64,000 nt of DNA from an uncultured delta proteobacterium (GCA_963760795.1 CAVXEP010000012.1:352001-416000), one strand, 5' to 3'; positions 31,639-41,463 are shown, counted from the first letter of the stretch. Notes: generated by a model not told the origin, from the sequence alone. Translations and numbers: made by a program.

Positions 31639-32024
31639 ATAAAAAAGTTTGCACCCAAATACTTGGTTGTTGGATCAGTGATCGCTTCCTTGGCCGGATT
31701 AACCGTAAGGGTAACCGGCGCGCAGGAAAGACCGGCACTGCAACAACCCAGAGAGCAAACCGAAATCGGTGACAAAGAACTTAAAGCCTTTGCCAAGAGC
31801 TCCATAAGATTCGCGCTGAGTACGAACCGGCGCTAAACACGGCTCGCGATCCGCAAGAGCAGGGAAAGATCGAGCAGGATGCTCTAGAAAAGTTTGACAA
31901 GGCCGTGCAGAAACAGGGCCTCACGCTGGAAAGCTATTTCCGGATGTATCAAAGCGTCAACGCGAACGAACAGATTCGCGCGAAGGTCCTCAAGTTAATC
32001 GATGAAGAACGAAACAGAGCTTAA
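31639..32024 (+). pseudogene. DUF4168-like exported protein with ATA start and internal frameshift
   Basis: AAGGAGG followed by ATA-KKFAPK..IGDKELKAFAKS, then in another frame HKIRAEYE..AVQKQGLTLESY..KLIDEERNRA*. Confidence 0.65.
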
Positions 32025-32111
32025 CCGTTGTAACCGCCGCAATAACCCGACGTCCGAGATGTACCCACCTTAACGTCCGACCTGGCAACACTAGCCTCGA
32101 GGATAAAGCAG

Positions 32112-32612
32112 ATGCTTAATGAAGGCATTGAATTAGTGGCTCACGCAATCAGTAGACCGTCACGGGAAGTAAATGCCGGCTCGTCGTTTCAGGCCGACAC
32201 GCTTGCTCCGCAGCAATATCAGCAGACCAAGCGCCGAAACGCTTGTCGGGAACCGGAACAGGAGCTTATGTTAGCGGTCCTGAAGGAAGCAATTTACTGT
32301 ATCCAGGGATATGTTTCGGCGCGCGACAAAGTGAGAACGCGCCAGTATCTCGAAGCCAAAAACTGGATCATGGAAGAGGATAGCGATTGGCCATTTGCCT
32401 TTGCCAACATCTGTGAGGTCTTCGGTCTCTCGCCCCAATATATTCGTGCCGGCTTGCTGCGGCGAGAGGAAATGAATTTGGCAAAAGTTTCCAAAGGTAA
32501 GATCTATCAATTCCCAGCTAGCCAAGCGAGACAAAAAGCGAGTCATTCAAAGTCAAAACTCACGCCGCTCCACACTGAGAATTGGGCACCTCCCAAAGGG
32601 AAGGAGCTGTAG
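32112..32612 (+). CDS. Conserved hypothetical protein (PE..LMLAVL..A / EA..W....D.DWPF.F.NICE..GL family)
   Basis: GAGGA RBS; recognisable uncharacterised motif set. Confidence 0.7.
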   Translation: MLNEGIELVAHAISRPSREVNAGSSFQADTLAPQQYQQTKRRNACREPEQELMLAVLKEAIYCIQGYVSARDKVRTRQYLEAKNWIMEEDSDWPFAFANICEVFGLSPQYIRAGLLRREEMNLAKVSKGKIYQFPASQARQKASHSKSKLTPLHTENWAPPKGKEL

Positions 32613-33040
32613 CTTTTTTTGGCTTTGTCATAGCAGCGGTTTGTGCGTCAATTCGCGGAAGGATCCGGCACCCACGTCGTTGACCTTCCGGGCTAACGGC
32701 GAACCATTAAACGCATCGATTTCAACGACAAAAGTATCAGTCGCCGCGAAGGAAAAGGCAGTGTCGAAGTGTTAGCCCGTTAGCACTAATTCTAAAATAT
32801 TTTGCCGCGGGAGCGCGGGGCCGCACGCGCCTCCGCCGCGCAGAGTCAATAGAGAATGCAAATTGGTCTGAATTCGCTCCGCTGAGGAAGATCGCTTCCC
32901 CAGAACCATCAACTCTCTCGCTCCGCCCATCGATGCTCGTTAGAAAAATTTCTCGTGGACGAAGGGGAAACCTCCTTCTAGGAAGAGTTTTTCCACTCGT
33001 CAGTCATGACGAAAACCCTTTAGAATCAACTTCGTACTAG

Positions 33041-33057
33041 CTGGCATGCCCTTTGCG
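33041..33057 (+). promoter_or_regulatory. Sigma-54 promoter CTGGCATGCCCTTTGCG
   Basis: Consensus -24/-12; IHF-like AATCAA just upstream. Confidence 0.72.
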
Positions 33058-33157
33058 CTCATTGCTAATTAGCAATGTTATAGGCCATAGGCGATTAAGG
33101 AGGACTGTAGGGATTTTCCATGGGGGAATTGATTGAGTGAGCGGATAGGAGCGCCAC

Positions 33158-33523
33158 ATGAAAGCGCTGAAAGTCTTACTCGTAGAAGATGACCAAAATT
33201 TATCCTTTATCCTAAAGGAAAGGCTCAAGTCCGAAGGATATGAAACCAGAATAGCCAAGGACGCGGCCGAAGGATATTCCATTTATCTGTGGTTCAGGCC
33301 AGACCTGGTGATTTCGGATATCCAGTTGCCGGGAGAAAACGGCGTGGAACTCCTGAGTCGAATAAGGAAAGTCAGTAATCCCAACATTAGAACGATCTAC
33401 ATGAGCGCGGATCTGGGTTGGTTGGAGGCGGAGATGAAACAGGAGAAGGGCAGACCGGAGGTACACGTGCTCGCGAAACCCTTTTCCACGGGCGAACTGA
33501 TGGAATTGGTTTCTGCGCATTAG
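33158..33523 (+). CDS. Single-domain response regulator
   Basis: VLLVEDD, PDLVISDIQLPG, KPF. Confidence 0.88.
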   Translation: MKALKVLLVEDDQNLSFILKERLKSEGYETRIAKDAAEGYSIYLWFRPDLVISDIQLPGENGVELLSRIRKVSNPNIRTIYMSADLGWLEAEMKQEKGRPEVHVLAKPFSTGELMELVSAH

Positions 33524-33582
33524 CAGGGCCGCCGGAATAGAGATAGCGTAGAGAGCGGTGTTACAAAAAGGAAGGAGTTCAT

Positions 33583-33939
33583 ATGAATCACAACAACACA
33601 GGTATCAAGAATATTGGATTGCTACTTATTGTCATGACTTTAATCGGCGCGGGCTGTGCAGGGGGATCGTTGACGACCAGAGAGAAAGGGGCAGGGATCG
33701 GCGCGGTCGGCGGCGCTGCGACAGGAGGTCTGATTGGCGCAGCCGTCGGCCACCCCGGTGCTGGTGCCGCCATTGGTGGTGCGCTCGGCCTCGGAGCCGG
33801 TGCGCTGGTCGGTGACCAGCTCCAAGGGCAGGAGAACCAAAACTACAGACAACAGGATCAGATCCAACGCAATCAGGACGAGATCGATCGGCAGCGTCGG
33901 GAGACCGAGCGCTTAAGACGCGAGCGCGGAGAGTATTGA
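33583..33939 (+). CDS. Glycine-zipper lipoprotein
   Basis: Lipobox GAGC; GAGIGAVGGAATGGLIG repeats. Confidence 0.85.
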   Translation: MNHNNTGIKNIGLLLIVMTLIGAGCAGGSLTTREKGAGIGAVGGAATGGLIGAAVGHPGAGAAIGGALGLGAGALVGDQLQGQENQNYRQQDQIQRNQDEIDRQRRETERLRRERGEY

Positions 33940-34382
33940 TGACATTGGTTCGAACAAGGGAGAAAAAGATGCTGTGCCGAGTTTTAGTTCTTGCATTTGC
34001 CCTGACGGTTGGAATGACGAGATCGGAGCTGGCCTATGCGGATGTTGTCGCCGTCGGGGAGGTTAACCAGAGGATCGTCACATTAAACAATGTGACGATG
34101 GACAATGGCGTCATCTCAGGCGAGATCGTAAATCATTCGAGCCAGGAAGTTCGCGAGGTGGAGTTGCTCATTCGCCACATGTGGCAGTGGAAGGATGAGT
34201 TCCGGCCGGGAAATAGCGATCCGGGAATGGCGTCGTATCGTACGGTCAAAAATACAATACGGCCTGGTGAATCCGCGCGCTTCACCTTCAACGACATGTC
34301 AACACTAGCTGTTCGCACCGATGGCCAATTTCAAACGATGGTGTCGGTAACCGGATTTACTGAGATCGTCAGAAACCGCTAG
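33936..34382 (+). CDS. Exported hypothetical protein (Ig-like, FxLYD-like)
   Basis: Signal-like N-terminus; 'ISGEIVN', 'IRPGESARFTF'; overlaps the previous stop. Confidence 0.65.
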   Translation: MMTLVRTREKKMLCRVLVLAFALTVGMTRSELAYADVVAVGEVNQRIVTLNNVTMDNGVISGEIVNHSSQEVREVELLIRHMWQWKDEFRPGNSDPGMASYRTVKNTIRPGESARFTFNDMSTLAVRTDGQFQTMVSVTGFTEIVRNR

Positions 34383-35117
34383 GCAGGATACTCGCGATGA
34401 ATCGGCTGACCGGCAATGTTTGGTTAGTTAAGAGCTGTACAAAGCAGGTTGGACATCTTCGCGTGCTTGCCGCCCGTGAGGCTCAGGTTGAAAAGACCAA
34501 GCAGATTACCGAAGCAGATATTACGCCGTCAGTGGCTATGCTGGAGCCCCTGCGCGCGCGCAGCAAAGATAAACTCCACGTAACTCGGCCCTGTCGACAA
34601 AATCGAGGTGCGTTTATGGAATATCTGAAATTCGGACCAACTGACATCGAGTCGACAAAAGATATCCGCCCAGGGTGGAGGCGCGAACTACACGAACTAT
34701 GGGAACGGATGGTCGTGATGGGCCGGGTTGAGCCTCGGCATGTGGATCATGCTTAACGCCGCTCAGCTAATTGCTGAGCAAATCTTCCGACTCGTGGCGC
34801 CCAGCGGATAAGCAGAAATTTCTGGTTTAATTTGGCGGAAACAAGCGGGAAGTAATTACTCGCCACGAAGATCACCAAGGGTAGCGACTCCCGCGTAGAA
34901 ATTCCCAACGGAGAAACACTAGTGGAAAATTGATGTTCTCCATGAACCTTCATCTCAATTACCCGTCTTTTCTTAACCCATGTGGGAATGGAAATCACGG
35001 GATTCGTCGTGCAAAGCCGCGATACTGAGCCTACTTTGGGAGGTCTTATCGTGGCGCTGACCGAAGAGTCTGTTCGGCGCGCCAAGGAAAAACACGAGTC
35101 TTGAAAAAGGAATTTAT

Positions 35118-35741
35118 ATGAAAATGCTAATGATCGTACCAATGATTGCCGTGGCTTTGAGCACAGGTTTCATGGGCTGTGAGCCCAGAAACGATGATGC
35201 AAAGGTTGAGCCGAAAGCCGGGGACAGCAACTCGGATCTGGCGAAAAATATCAAGGTGATTCTTGACACTGACGATCAACTTCGTGCCGCCAATCTTAGC
35301 GTCAATGCCGATTCCAACAAAAAAGAAGCAACGCTGTCTGGAACGGTAGAGTCCGAAGCTTTGCGCAGTAGAGCCGTCGATCTCGCCAAGGGCGCGCAAC
35401 CGGACCTTAAGGTGAACGACATGATCGAGGTAAAATCGCGTGAGGCGACGCGCGAGGATTTTACCGGAGGTATAGCCCGACAGGAGCCGGACAAAGCAAA
35501 GCAAGTAGTCGAGAACGTCGGCAGGACGATTGAGGACACCTGGCTGCAGGGGAAGATCCTAACCAAGTTGGTTGGCAACGCAAAAACGCCAGCGCGTAAC
35601 ATCGGCGTAGAGGTCGTTGAGGGGGTCGTTACATTGCGAGGTACTGTCGAATCATCTGACGTAAAGGCCGAGGCGCAGCGACTGGCACAGGCAACTGAGG
35701 GAGTTAAGCGAGTGGATAACCGCCTGGAGGTAAACACGTAA
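35118..35741 (+). CDS. Dual BON-domain lipoprotein (OsmY-like)
   Basis: Lipobox FMGC; ATLSGTV; GVVTLRGTV..A..TEGVKRVDNRLEV. Confidence 0.88.
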   Translation: MKMLMIVPMIAVALSTGFMGCEPRNDDAKVEPKAGDSNSDLAKNIKVILDTDDQLRAANLSVNADSNKKEATLSGTVESEALRSRAVDLAKGAQPDLKVNDMIEVKSREATREDFTGGIARQEPDKAKQVVENVGRTIEDTWLQGKILTKLVGNAKTPARNIGVEVVEGVVTLRGTVESSDVKAEAQRLAQATEGVKRVDNRLEVNT

Positions 35742-36133
35742 CGACCGTCCGAGGGATGGAACGTACACAGAAGGCGCGATCTTTGTCGTCGCCGGGCATA
35801 CCGATAACATGGGAACCGTGGGTGACCATTGGTAGTTTTTCAGGAGGAGTAACGACAGATTTTCGAAAGGATCGCGCTCTGGAGCCTCGGACGTCGAACC
35901 GCCGCGTTGGTTCCAGAAAACTGCGAAATCGTGCTGCGGACTCTAGCGATCCGGCGCGGGACAAGATTGGCGCCCTCGTTACTGTCTAGGGCGAGATTCC
36001 CTCGCGTGGCATATTACGGGAGGAATCGAATTGTCGAGGCGACTCTATGTCGAAACAGCGGGATTGCGGTCCAATATTGACGGGTCGCAAATCGAAGTAT
36101 TTTATCGTAGTTTGATTCGATGATTGCCACGGC

Positions 36134-36751
36134 TTACCAGAGTTTTGTCGTATCGAGCACATAAGCCTGGCCTGAACCTTGAACGACGGCATCGTGTAAA
36201 TGCTTCGTGCCGCCTGGTCCATCACCCGCTTGGCGATCCCACAGGCAGATAAATCTCACTTTCCCGGTTCCATAGGCGCGCGCTTGATCGAGCATCCATA
36301 GGTTGACCGCGGCAAACGGATCTTCGCCGGGGGGCGTAGGTCCCCGCTCTTGCGGCATTATATGCCAACCCCGGACGCGCTCTTTGACCCAAAAAAACTT
36401 CTCCCGCCAATGTTCGCCGGCGAAATTGACGGACTCTTTGAGGAATTCCTCTTCCACGAATGGCAAGTAGATCTCGACGCGCAATCCGCGTTGCCAACAA
36501 GCTTCGGCAAACAGTAGATCGCCGCCGCAAGCGCCGCTGGAAATCGCCACATCATCGGCGCCTGCGCCTAATTCATCGAGCAGTTTCTCGATCGCGGCAG
36601 TCGCAAGCGGTTCTTTGTCGGGCGGAAAGCGCGCTGGCGAGCGATCGGCGGCATCAATCATATGACCACTGAAAAGAAACACTTGACGGGGTGCGCTAAT
36701 TATCTCTTGGTCAGTGGCAACAGTTGGGATTTGTTCTGCAACCTGGTTCAT
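36134..36751 (-). CDS. Stand-alone SLOG-like nucleotide-binding domain protein
   Basis: FSGHMID..RFPP, SSGACGGDLLFAE, LPF, N.WML, LWD...GDGPGGT. Confidence 0.7.
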   Translation of the reverse strand: MNQVAEQIPTVATDQEIISAPRQVFLFSGHMIDAADRSPARFPPDKEPLATAAIEKLLDELGAGADDVAISSGACGGDLLFAEACWQRGLRVEIYLPFVEEEFLKESVNFAGEHWREKFFWVKERVRGWHIMPQERGPTPPGEDPFAAVNLWMLDQARAYGTGKVRFICLWDRQAGDGPGGTKHLHDAVVQGSGQAYVLDTTKLW

Positions 36752-36806
36752 TTGCTTAACCTTCTCGCAATGACCGGTGTATGGCCAAGGTCCTTCTTTA
36801 TAAGCG

Positions 36807-36845
36807 CCTCAGGGGAGGCGACGAACTTCCCCGCCTCCCCTGAGG
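36807..36845. terminator. 14-bp GC-rich hairpin
   Basis: CCTCAGGGGAGGCG-N11-CGCCTCCCCTGAGG downstream of 36888..37247; no clear U-tract. Confidence 0.55.
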
Positions 36846-36887
36846 ATGACAGCCTATTCAGTGCTTTCCAATCGCTATTTGGACTTG

Positions 36888-37247
36888 CTAAGAGCCGGCA
36901 CCCGCCGTCGCTCCAGACTTGCTGATGGAGTTAGCGACCAAAATCCCGCCCTGATCCCGATACGAAACATTCACCTTGTCCCCGACTTTGATCGACTCAA
37001 GCGCCTTTTTAGTCCCACTCGCCTGAACGTTGAGGCTAAGGTCCTGCTCGGCGGTCTTGACCGCCAGTTTGCCGGTTTTGGCATCGATAGATGTCACTTC
37101 ACCTATCGCACGTTTTTCACTGGCCTTGTTTTCCACGCCCGCATCCGGCTTAGTCGGTTGCGCCGGCATGTTTTGTCCGAAGCTCAAGCCCGTTACCGCC
37201 AGCATTCCAACACCGATCAAACCTGAAGTTATAACTTTTTTGTGCAT
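36888..37247 (-). CDS. Small exported OB-fold-like protein
   Basis: Signal peptide; GEVTSIDAKTG..IKVGDKVNVSY; AAGGAG RBS. Confidence 0.75.
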   Translation of the reverse strand: MHKKVITSGLIGVGMLAVTGLSFGQNMPAQPTKPDAGVENKASEKRAIGEVTSIDAKTGKLAVKTAEQDLSLNVQASGTKKALESIKVGDKVNVSYRDQGGILVANSISKSGATAGAGS

Positions 37248-37274
37248 AATATTTCTCCTTGTCGTTTTGTTATT

Positions 37275-37514
37275 TTATATATGCTGTCCAAAGTCCGCCG
37301 TTCTGCTGGACTTGATCGCGTTCTTCTCGCACCATTCCTCTGTCCAACGCTGCACTTCGTCTTTTTGGTCACCGTAGCGCTTTTGAGCTACGCCGAGGAA
37401 CTTGTCGTAATCACCCTCGGCTTCCAGAAGATCGTTGTCAGTAAAGTGTCCCCACTTCTTCTTCACAGCTCCCTTGAATTGGCGCCAGCTCCCTTTGAAT
37501 TGATCTTTATTCAT
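37275..37514 (-). CDS. CsbD family general stress protein
   Basis: MNKDQFKGSWRQFKGAVKKKWGHFTDNDL..EG..DKFLG..QKRYG. Confidence 0.92.
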   Translation of the reverse strand: MNKDQFKGSWRQFKGAVKKKWGHFTDNDLLEAEGDYDKFLGVAQKRYGDQKDEVQRWTEEWCEKNAIKSSRTADFGQHI

Positions 37515-37672
37515 AGTTCAAAACCTCCTTGTTAATTGGAACGACTTTTCTCCTACTTCCTCCTCGACACCACCAATAATTTGGTTCACCGCAATGTTTG
37601 TAGAGTTCCCTCTCAAACAAGCGGCTGAGCCTTTGCCGGATTTCTAACAATCGATATTTAAGTGAGAGTAAA

Positions 37673-37689
37673 TGCATATGCGATGCCAA
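37673..37689 (-). promoter_or_regulatory. Sigma-54 promoter TTGGCATCGCATATGCA
   Basis: GG-N10-GC upstream of the csbD-like gene. Confidence 0.68.
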
Positions 37690-38017
37690 TCCCGAGCTCA
37701 CGAGAACAAGCGCGACAATTCAACTACTTAATGATTAACGCGAATAGGGCAGATGTTGCATTGGTAAGACATTCGCCTGCAAATGAAGATTTATAGCTAG
37801 CGAATATCGGACAGCGGCGGCAAACAGGAATATTGTTTATTGAAACCATGAATAGGATTGCGATTGGGCAAATTAAACCACTACCCCGGTCTAACTTCAG
37901 AAGAGATTTTTGAGTGAATGTGGGACCCCTACGAGGGCGGATATTTCGCCAGACGCAATGGATGCATCATGAGGCGCTCGGAGAACATAATTTCCCCGAG
38001 TATTGTTTGTCAGCAAC

Positions 38018-38211
38018 CTACACAGGCGGCCGTCGTCCCATGACCATGCCGACAAGGAACAAAACCATAAAGACTACGAACAAGATCCATGCAATCTGCG
38101 TTGCCGCGCCAGCGAGATGGCGACGATATAGTTCAATAGCCGCGGAATCTTCAGGATCAATATTCCCGCGATGAGCGCCACCAAAGGCTGTAGTGCGATG
38201 TGCATTTGCAT
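38018..38211 (-). pseudogene. Deletion chimera of a 5' DUF3096 gene and a 3' DUF1328 gene
   Basis: MQMHIALQPLVALIAGILILKIPRLLNYIVAI joined out of frame to LAGAATQIAWILFVVFMVLFLVGMVMGRRPPV*. Confidence 0.7.
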
Positions 38212-38266
38212 AATTTGTTGCCAAAGACTCTTAGAGTAGTTCGGTTTGGTTAGGTCGATTGGCGCC

Positions 38267-38767
38267 CTACATGTTCGGCACCGGTGTCTCATCCAACAAT
38301 TCAACTTGAACTTTGGCAACTCCGTTGTTTATCAGTCCAATGGCTTCGGCCGCCGCCTGCGATAAGTCGATCAACCGTCCTGCGACATAGGGACCGCGGT
38401 CATTAATCAGAACCTCTATCGATTTCCCATTAGCCAAATGAGTAACTCTCGCCCTGCGCCCTAAAGGTATTGTCTTATGCGCCGCGGTGAACTTCGTTTG
38501 ATCGAAAACCTCGCCGCTGGCGGTTTTTTTTCCGTGGAACCCCGGTCCGTACCATGACGCCGATCCGGTATAAACAGATGCCGGCGCTTCGGAGCTCGGT
38601 GTTCTGCGACTATCTGACTTCATAGGATTAGGTTGGCTTACTAAACTTGAATTGGAAATCTCTGAACCTGAAATTGAGCAACCTTGGGTCATCGACAGAG
38701 CCAACAACACCGTGACAATTCCAAGCAATCCGCCACAACTCGGTATCTGTGGTCTAGTCATTAACAT
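38267..38767 (-). CDS. RlpA-family (DPBB) lytic transglycosylase lipoprotein
   Basis: GSASWYGPGFHGKKTASGE, TAAHKTIPLG, INDRGPY..GRLIDLS. Confidence 0.9.
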   Translation of the reverse strand: MLMTRPQIPSCGGLLGIVTVLLALSMTQGCSISGSEISNSSLVSQPNPMKSDSRRTPSSEAPASVYTGSASWYGPGFHGKKTASGEVFDQTKFTAAHKTIPLGRRARVTHLANGKSIEVLINDRGPYVAGRLIDLSQAAAEAIGLINNGVAKVQVELLDETPVPNM

Positions 38768-39042
38768 GACTTCACCATTCCTCGGAGTCATTTTACCAAC
38801 CTCAAAAAACGCTAAATTAAATAGAGAGACGGTCAACCGCCAATACTGCCTTTTTTACCCATCGATAACTCGGCCTTTTGTACATTTCAGCGTTTTCTTG
38901 GCTTGCCGAATTAAGCGACTTGTTGAACTCTTCGCCTCTCTGGTTAGTTTTTTTGCGTGGCCAAGCTTATCTAACCTCCTCAGCTTTGTTATCCGCGCAA
39001 TATGCGGCGCGCAATCTGTCGCCGCGATGTTTATAACGTTTG

Positions 39043-39059
39043 AGCAACAGGGGTGCCAA
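39043..39059 (-). promoter_or_regulatory. Sigma-54 promoter TTGGCACCCCTGTTGCT
   Basis: Near-perfect TGGCAC-N5-TTGCT. Confidence 0.75.
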
Positions 39060-39451
39060 CGCATCGTAAAATGCACATTGTCCTTTGATAACCGGGTTTT
39101 CGCTTGTTTATATCGACACGGAAATCTCCGCGATCACATAGAGCTTTTCCTGCAATTTGCCGGCAAATTGTCCGAGTTACTCATACCAAACTTTTGTCGG
39201 TGTAACTGTTCAAGAGTTTCTGCGCCGGAAGCGCAAAAACCATTGCCCGGCGAAAAACGTGAGTGACAGTCACTATCGCAAGGAAATCTCGGTTCTCGGT
39301 TATAACCAAAGTCACAACCAAGAGAGGGGTATCGGTCGATGTCAGTGGTTTTCCTTCAGCGGTTAGCAAAAAACTCTGACAAACCAGCTCATCTAAGAAT
39401 GTCGTGGCCGCTAAGTCACCTAAAGAATAGCGATATTGGACACGAAGATAT

Positions 39452-39468
39452 CTGGCATATCTTTTGTA
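39452..39468 (+). promoter_or_regulatory. Sigma-54-like promoter CTGGCATATCTTTTGTA
   Basis: -24 is perfect, -12 has GT for GC; motif copies at 39341 and 39362. Confidence 0.55.
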
Positions 39469-39534
39469 CGTTAATAAACCCAAGACTCATTTCACGGGGG
39501 CGAAAATAAACGCAAAATGAAAAGAGGAGGAGAA

Positions 39535-39885
39535 ATGAAACATGTATTTTGGCTGACACCAATCGTATTGACTTCGGCATTGGTTTTACCGGCCTGCGAC
39601 AAGGGACAAAATGATCGCGCACCAACTTCGGAAAGCACTCCCGGTGTTGCAGCTACGAAACCGTCCGATGCCGACTTAGAAAAGGCAGTTCGGGCGAAGT
39701 TGGAAAGCGATGACGCAATCAAACAGGCAAATTTGTCGGTGAGCGCCGATGTCGGAGCTAATAAGGCCACCCTCTCAGGAATGGTAGTCTCTCAGGATCT
39801 CAGGACCAAGGCGATCACTCTCGCCCAAAGCGCCCAACCCGGTTTGACCATCGAAGACAAGATCGATGTTAAGCCGGCCGGATAA
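39535..39885 (+). CDS. Single BON-domain lipoprotein
   Basis: Lipobox LPAC; similar to the first BON of 35118..35741; GAGGAG RBS. Confidence 0.85.
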   Translation: MKHVFWLTPIVLTSALVLPACDKGQNDRAPTSESTPGVAATKPSDADLEKAVRAKLESDDAIKQANLSVSADVGANKATLSGMVVSQDLRTKAITLAQSAQPGLTIEDKIDVKPAG

Positions 39886-40090
39886 ACTTTTCAGCGCACC
39901 GCGCTTTAGATACTGGCCGTCGCCGCGAACGAAAAGAGCAACGGGAATGCGCTAATGCCGTTGAGCCTGTCCATGAAATATCCTCTGCCGCAACGCAGGC
40001 GGCGCCACTTAGTGGACCGGCTATTCATCTTGCTCTGACGCCGGAACAAAACGGCAGGACGAAAGGAATTGAAGAGGAGATCGCCAGACA

Positions 40091-40338
40091 TGAGCAACGC
40101 AAGAACATGGTTTCCCATACTTGATCATCGGGGCTACACTGGGCGCCCCATGCGGGGAAAGAGACGCGCGCCGAACTTCGCCGCGGCGCGGATGAGGGGT
40201 TGAATATTTTAACCAAAGAAGCAGAGAAAGTCCGCGCCGGCGCCGGCCGTTGGTTCGCCAGAGTAGAAGAACATTTTGGCGGAGATAAAACGCGACGCGG
40301 TGGTGGCCTTCACGAACCGGAAGGTCGACAAGAATGAA
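40091..40338 (+). pseudogene. YtxH-like gene remnant
   Basis: GAGGAG-ATG, then a frameshift into IGLHWAPHAGKETRAELRRGADEG. Confidence 0.5.
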
Positions 40339-40406
40339 CCACGAATCAGCCGCGGCGCAATGCCACGCGGGAATCCGGCTTTCAAGCGTGCGTTTGGACG
40401 GTACCC

Positions 40407-40556
40407 ATGTTACAGGCGATCAACTTTCTTATCTTGATAATTTGGTTTGCAGGCTCCGTTACCGGAAACACAATCGGAGGATTGCTTCACCTACTCCTAC
40501 TGCTGGCGTTGATCGTTCTATACATCCAGTATCTCGAAAAACATAAATCGTCATGA
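40407..40556 (+). CDS. lmo0937/DUF5670-like 49-aa membrane protein
   Basis: MLQAINFLILIIWFAGSVTGNTIGGLLHLLLLLALIVLYIQ; below the ORF-track cutoff. Confidence 0.7.
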   Translation: MLQAINFLILIIWFAGSVTGNTIGGLLHLLLLLALIVLYIQYLEKHKSS

Positions 40557-40569
40557 AATGTGGCAGGGG

Positions 40570-40794
40570 ATGAAAATGAAACCAATTATGCTCGCCGGTA
40601 TCGGCTTGATTCTACTTGGCATTGTCGGTCTTTCCTATAATCAAATCACCTATACCAGCAAAGAAAAGATCCTCGATATCGGTCCGATCCAAGCTACCGC
40701 CGAAAAGGAAAAATCGATTCCACTGCCGCCTTTGTTAGGTGGACTGGTTTTAGTCTTCGGCATCGGCCTAGTCGCGGTGGGTTACAAGAAATAG
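40570..40794 (+). CDS. DUF3185-like small membrane protein
   Basis: GLILLGIVGLSY..KEKILDIGPIQAT..K.IPLPPLLGG. Confidence 0.8.
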   Translation: MKMKPIMLAGIGLILLGIVGLSYNQITYTSKEKILDIGPIQATAEKEKSIPLPPLLGGLVLVFGIGLVAVGYKK

Positions 40795-40842
40795 GCAGGA
40801 CAGGGCCAATCCAAAATCCCATTAAGGTTAAAGGATCAGGTT

Positions 40843-41463
40843 ATGTACAAAGCCAAACAATTCAATCTAAGCGGCTTGAAAGGAATATCCGATCAGACAC
40901 TGGAGATGCATTTCAAGCTTTACGAAGGTTACGTCAAAGAGACCAACCGCCTTCAAGAAAAGATCTCCCAAATCCTCAAGGATGGCAATGTCGATCAAGA
41001 GGAAATGCCCGCCTATTCGGAACTCAAACGGCGCCTGGGTTTTGAATACAACGGTATGGTGCTGCACGAGTACTATTTCGGTAATTTGAAGAAAGGCGGC
41101 TCCGGAGAAGCGGAATCACAATCTTCGTTTGTCAAAGCCGCGACTATCAGTTTCGGTAGCCGTGACATTTGGCAAGCGGACTTTACCAGCATCGGCAAGA
41201 TGCGCGGCGTCGGATGGGCGATTTGTTATCAAGATCCGACCACGGGTGAGTTGTCGAATCATTGGATCTCACTGCACGAGATTGGCAACGTCGCCGGCTA
41301 CAATCCCGTGCTCGTGATGGATGTTTGGGAACACGCTTTTCTTCTCGATTATAAACCAATCGACCGGGCGAAATATATCGAAGCGTTTTTCGAAAATATC
41401 GATTGGACTGCAGTTGGCCAACGACTGCTAAGACCGGCTATTCGAAAATCTCGCGCAGCCTAA
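40843..41463 (+). CDS. Fe/Mn superoxide dismutase family protein
   Basis: Ligands MHF, LHEYYF, DVWEHAF are present. Confidence 0.9.
   Translation: MYKAKQFNLSGLKGISDQTLEMHFKLYEGYVKETNRLQEKISQILKDGNVDQEEMPAYSELKRRLGFEYNGMVLHEYYFGNLKKGGSGEAESQSSFVKAATISFGSRDIWQADFTSIGKMRGVGWAICYQDPTTGELSNHWISLHEIGNVAGYNPVLVMDVWEHAFLLDYKPIDRAKYIEAFFENIDWTAVGQRLLRPAIRKSRAA

Noticed and set aside
34397-34756. 119-aa ORF, possibly containing an aldo-keto reductase N-terminal relic (MEYLKFG)
   Set aside because: The similarity is too short to support a call.
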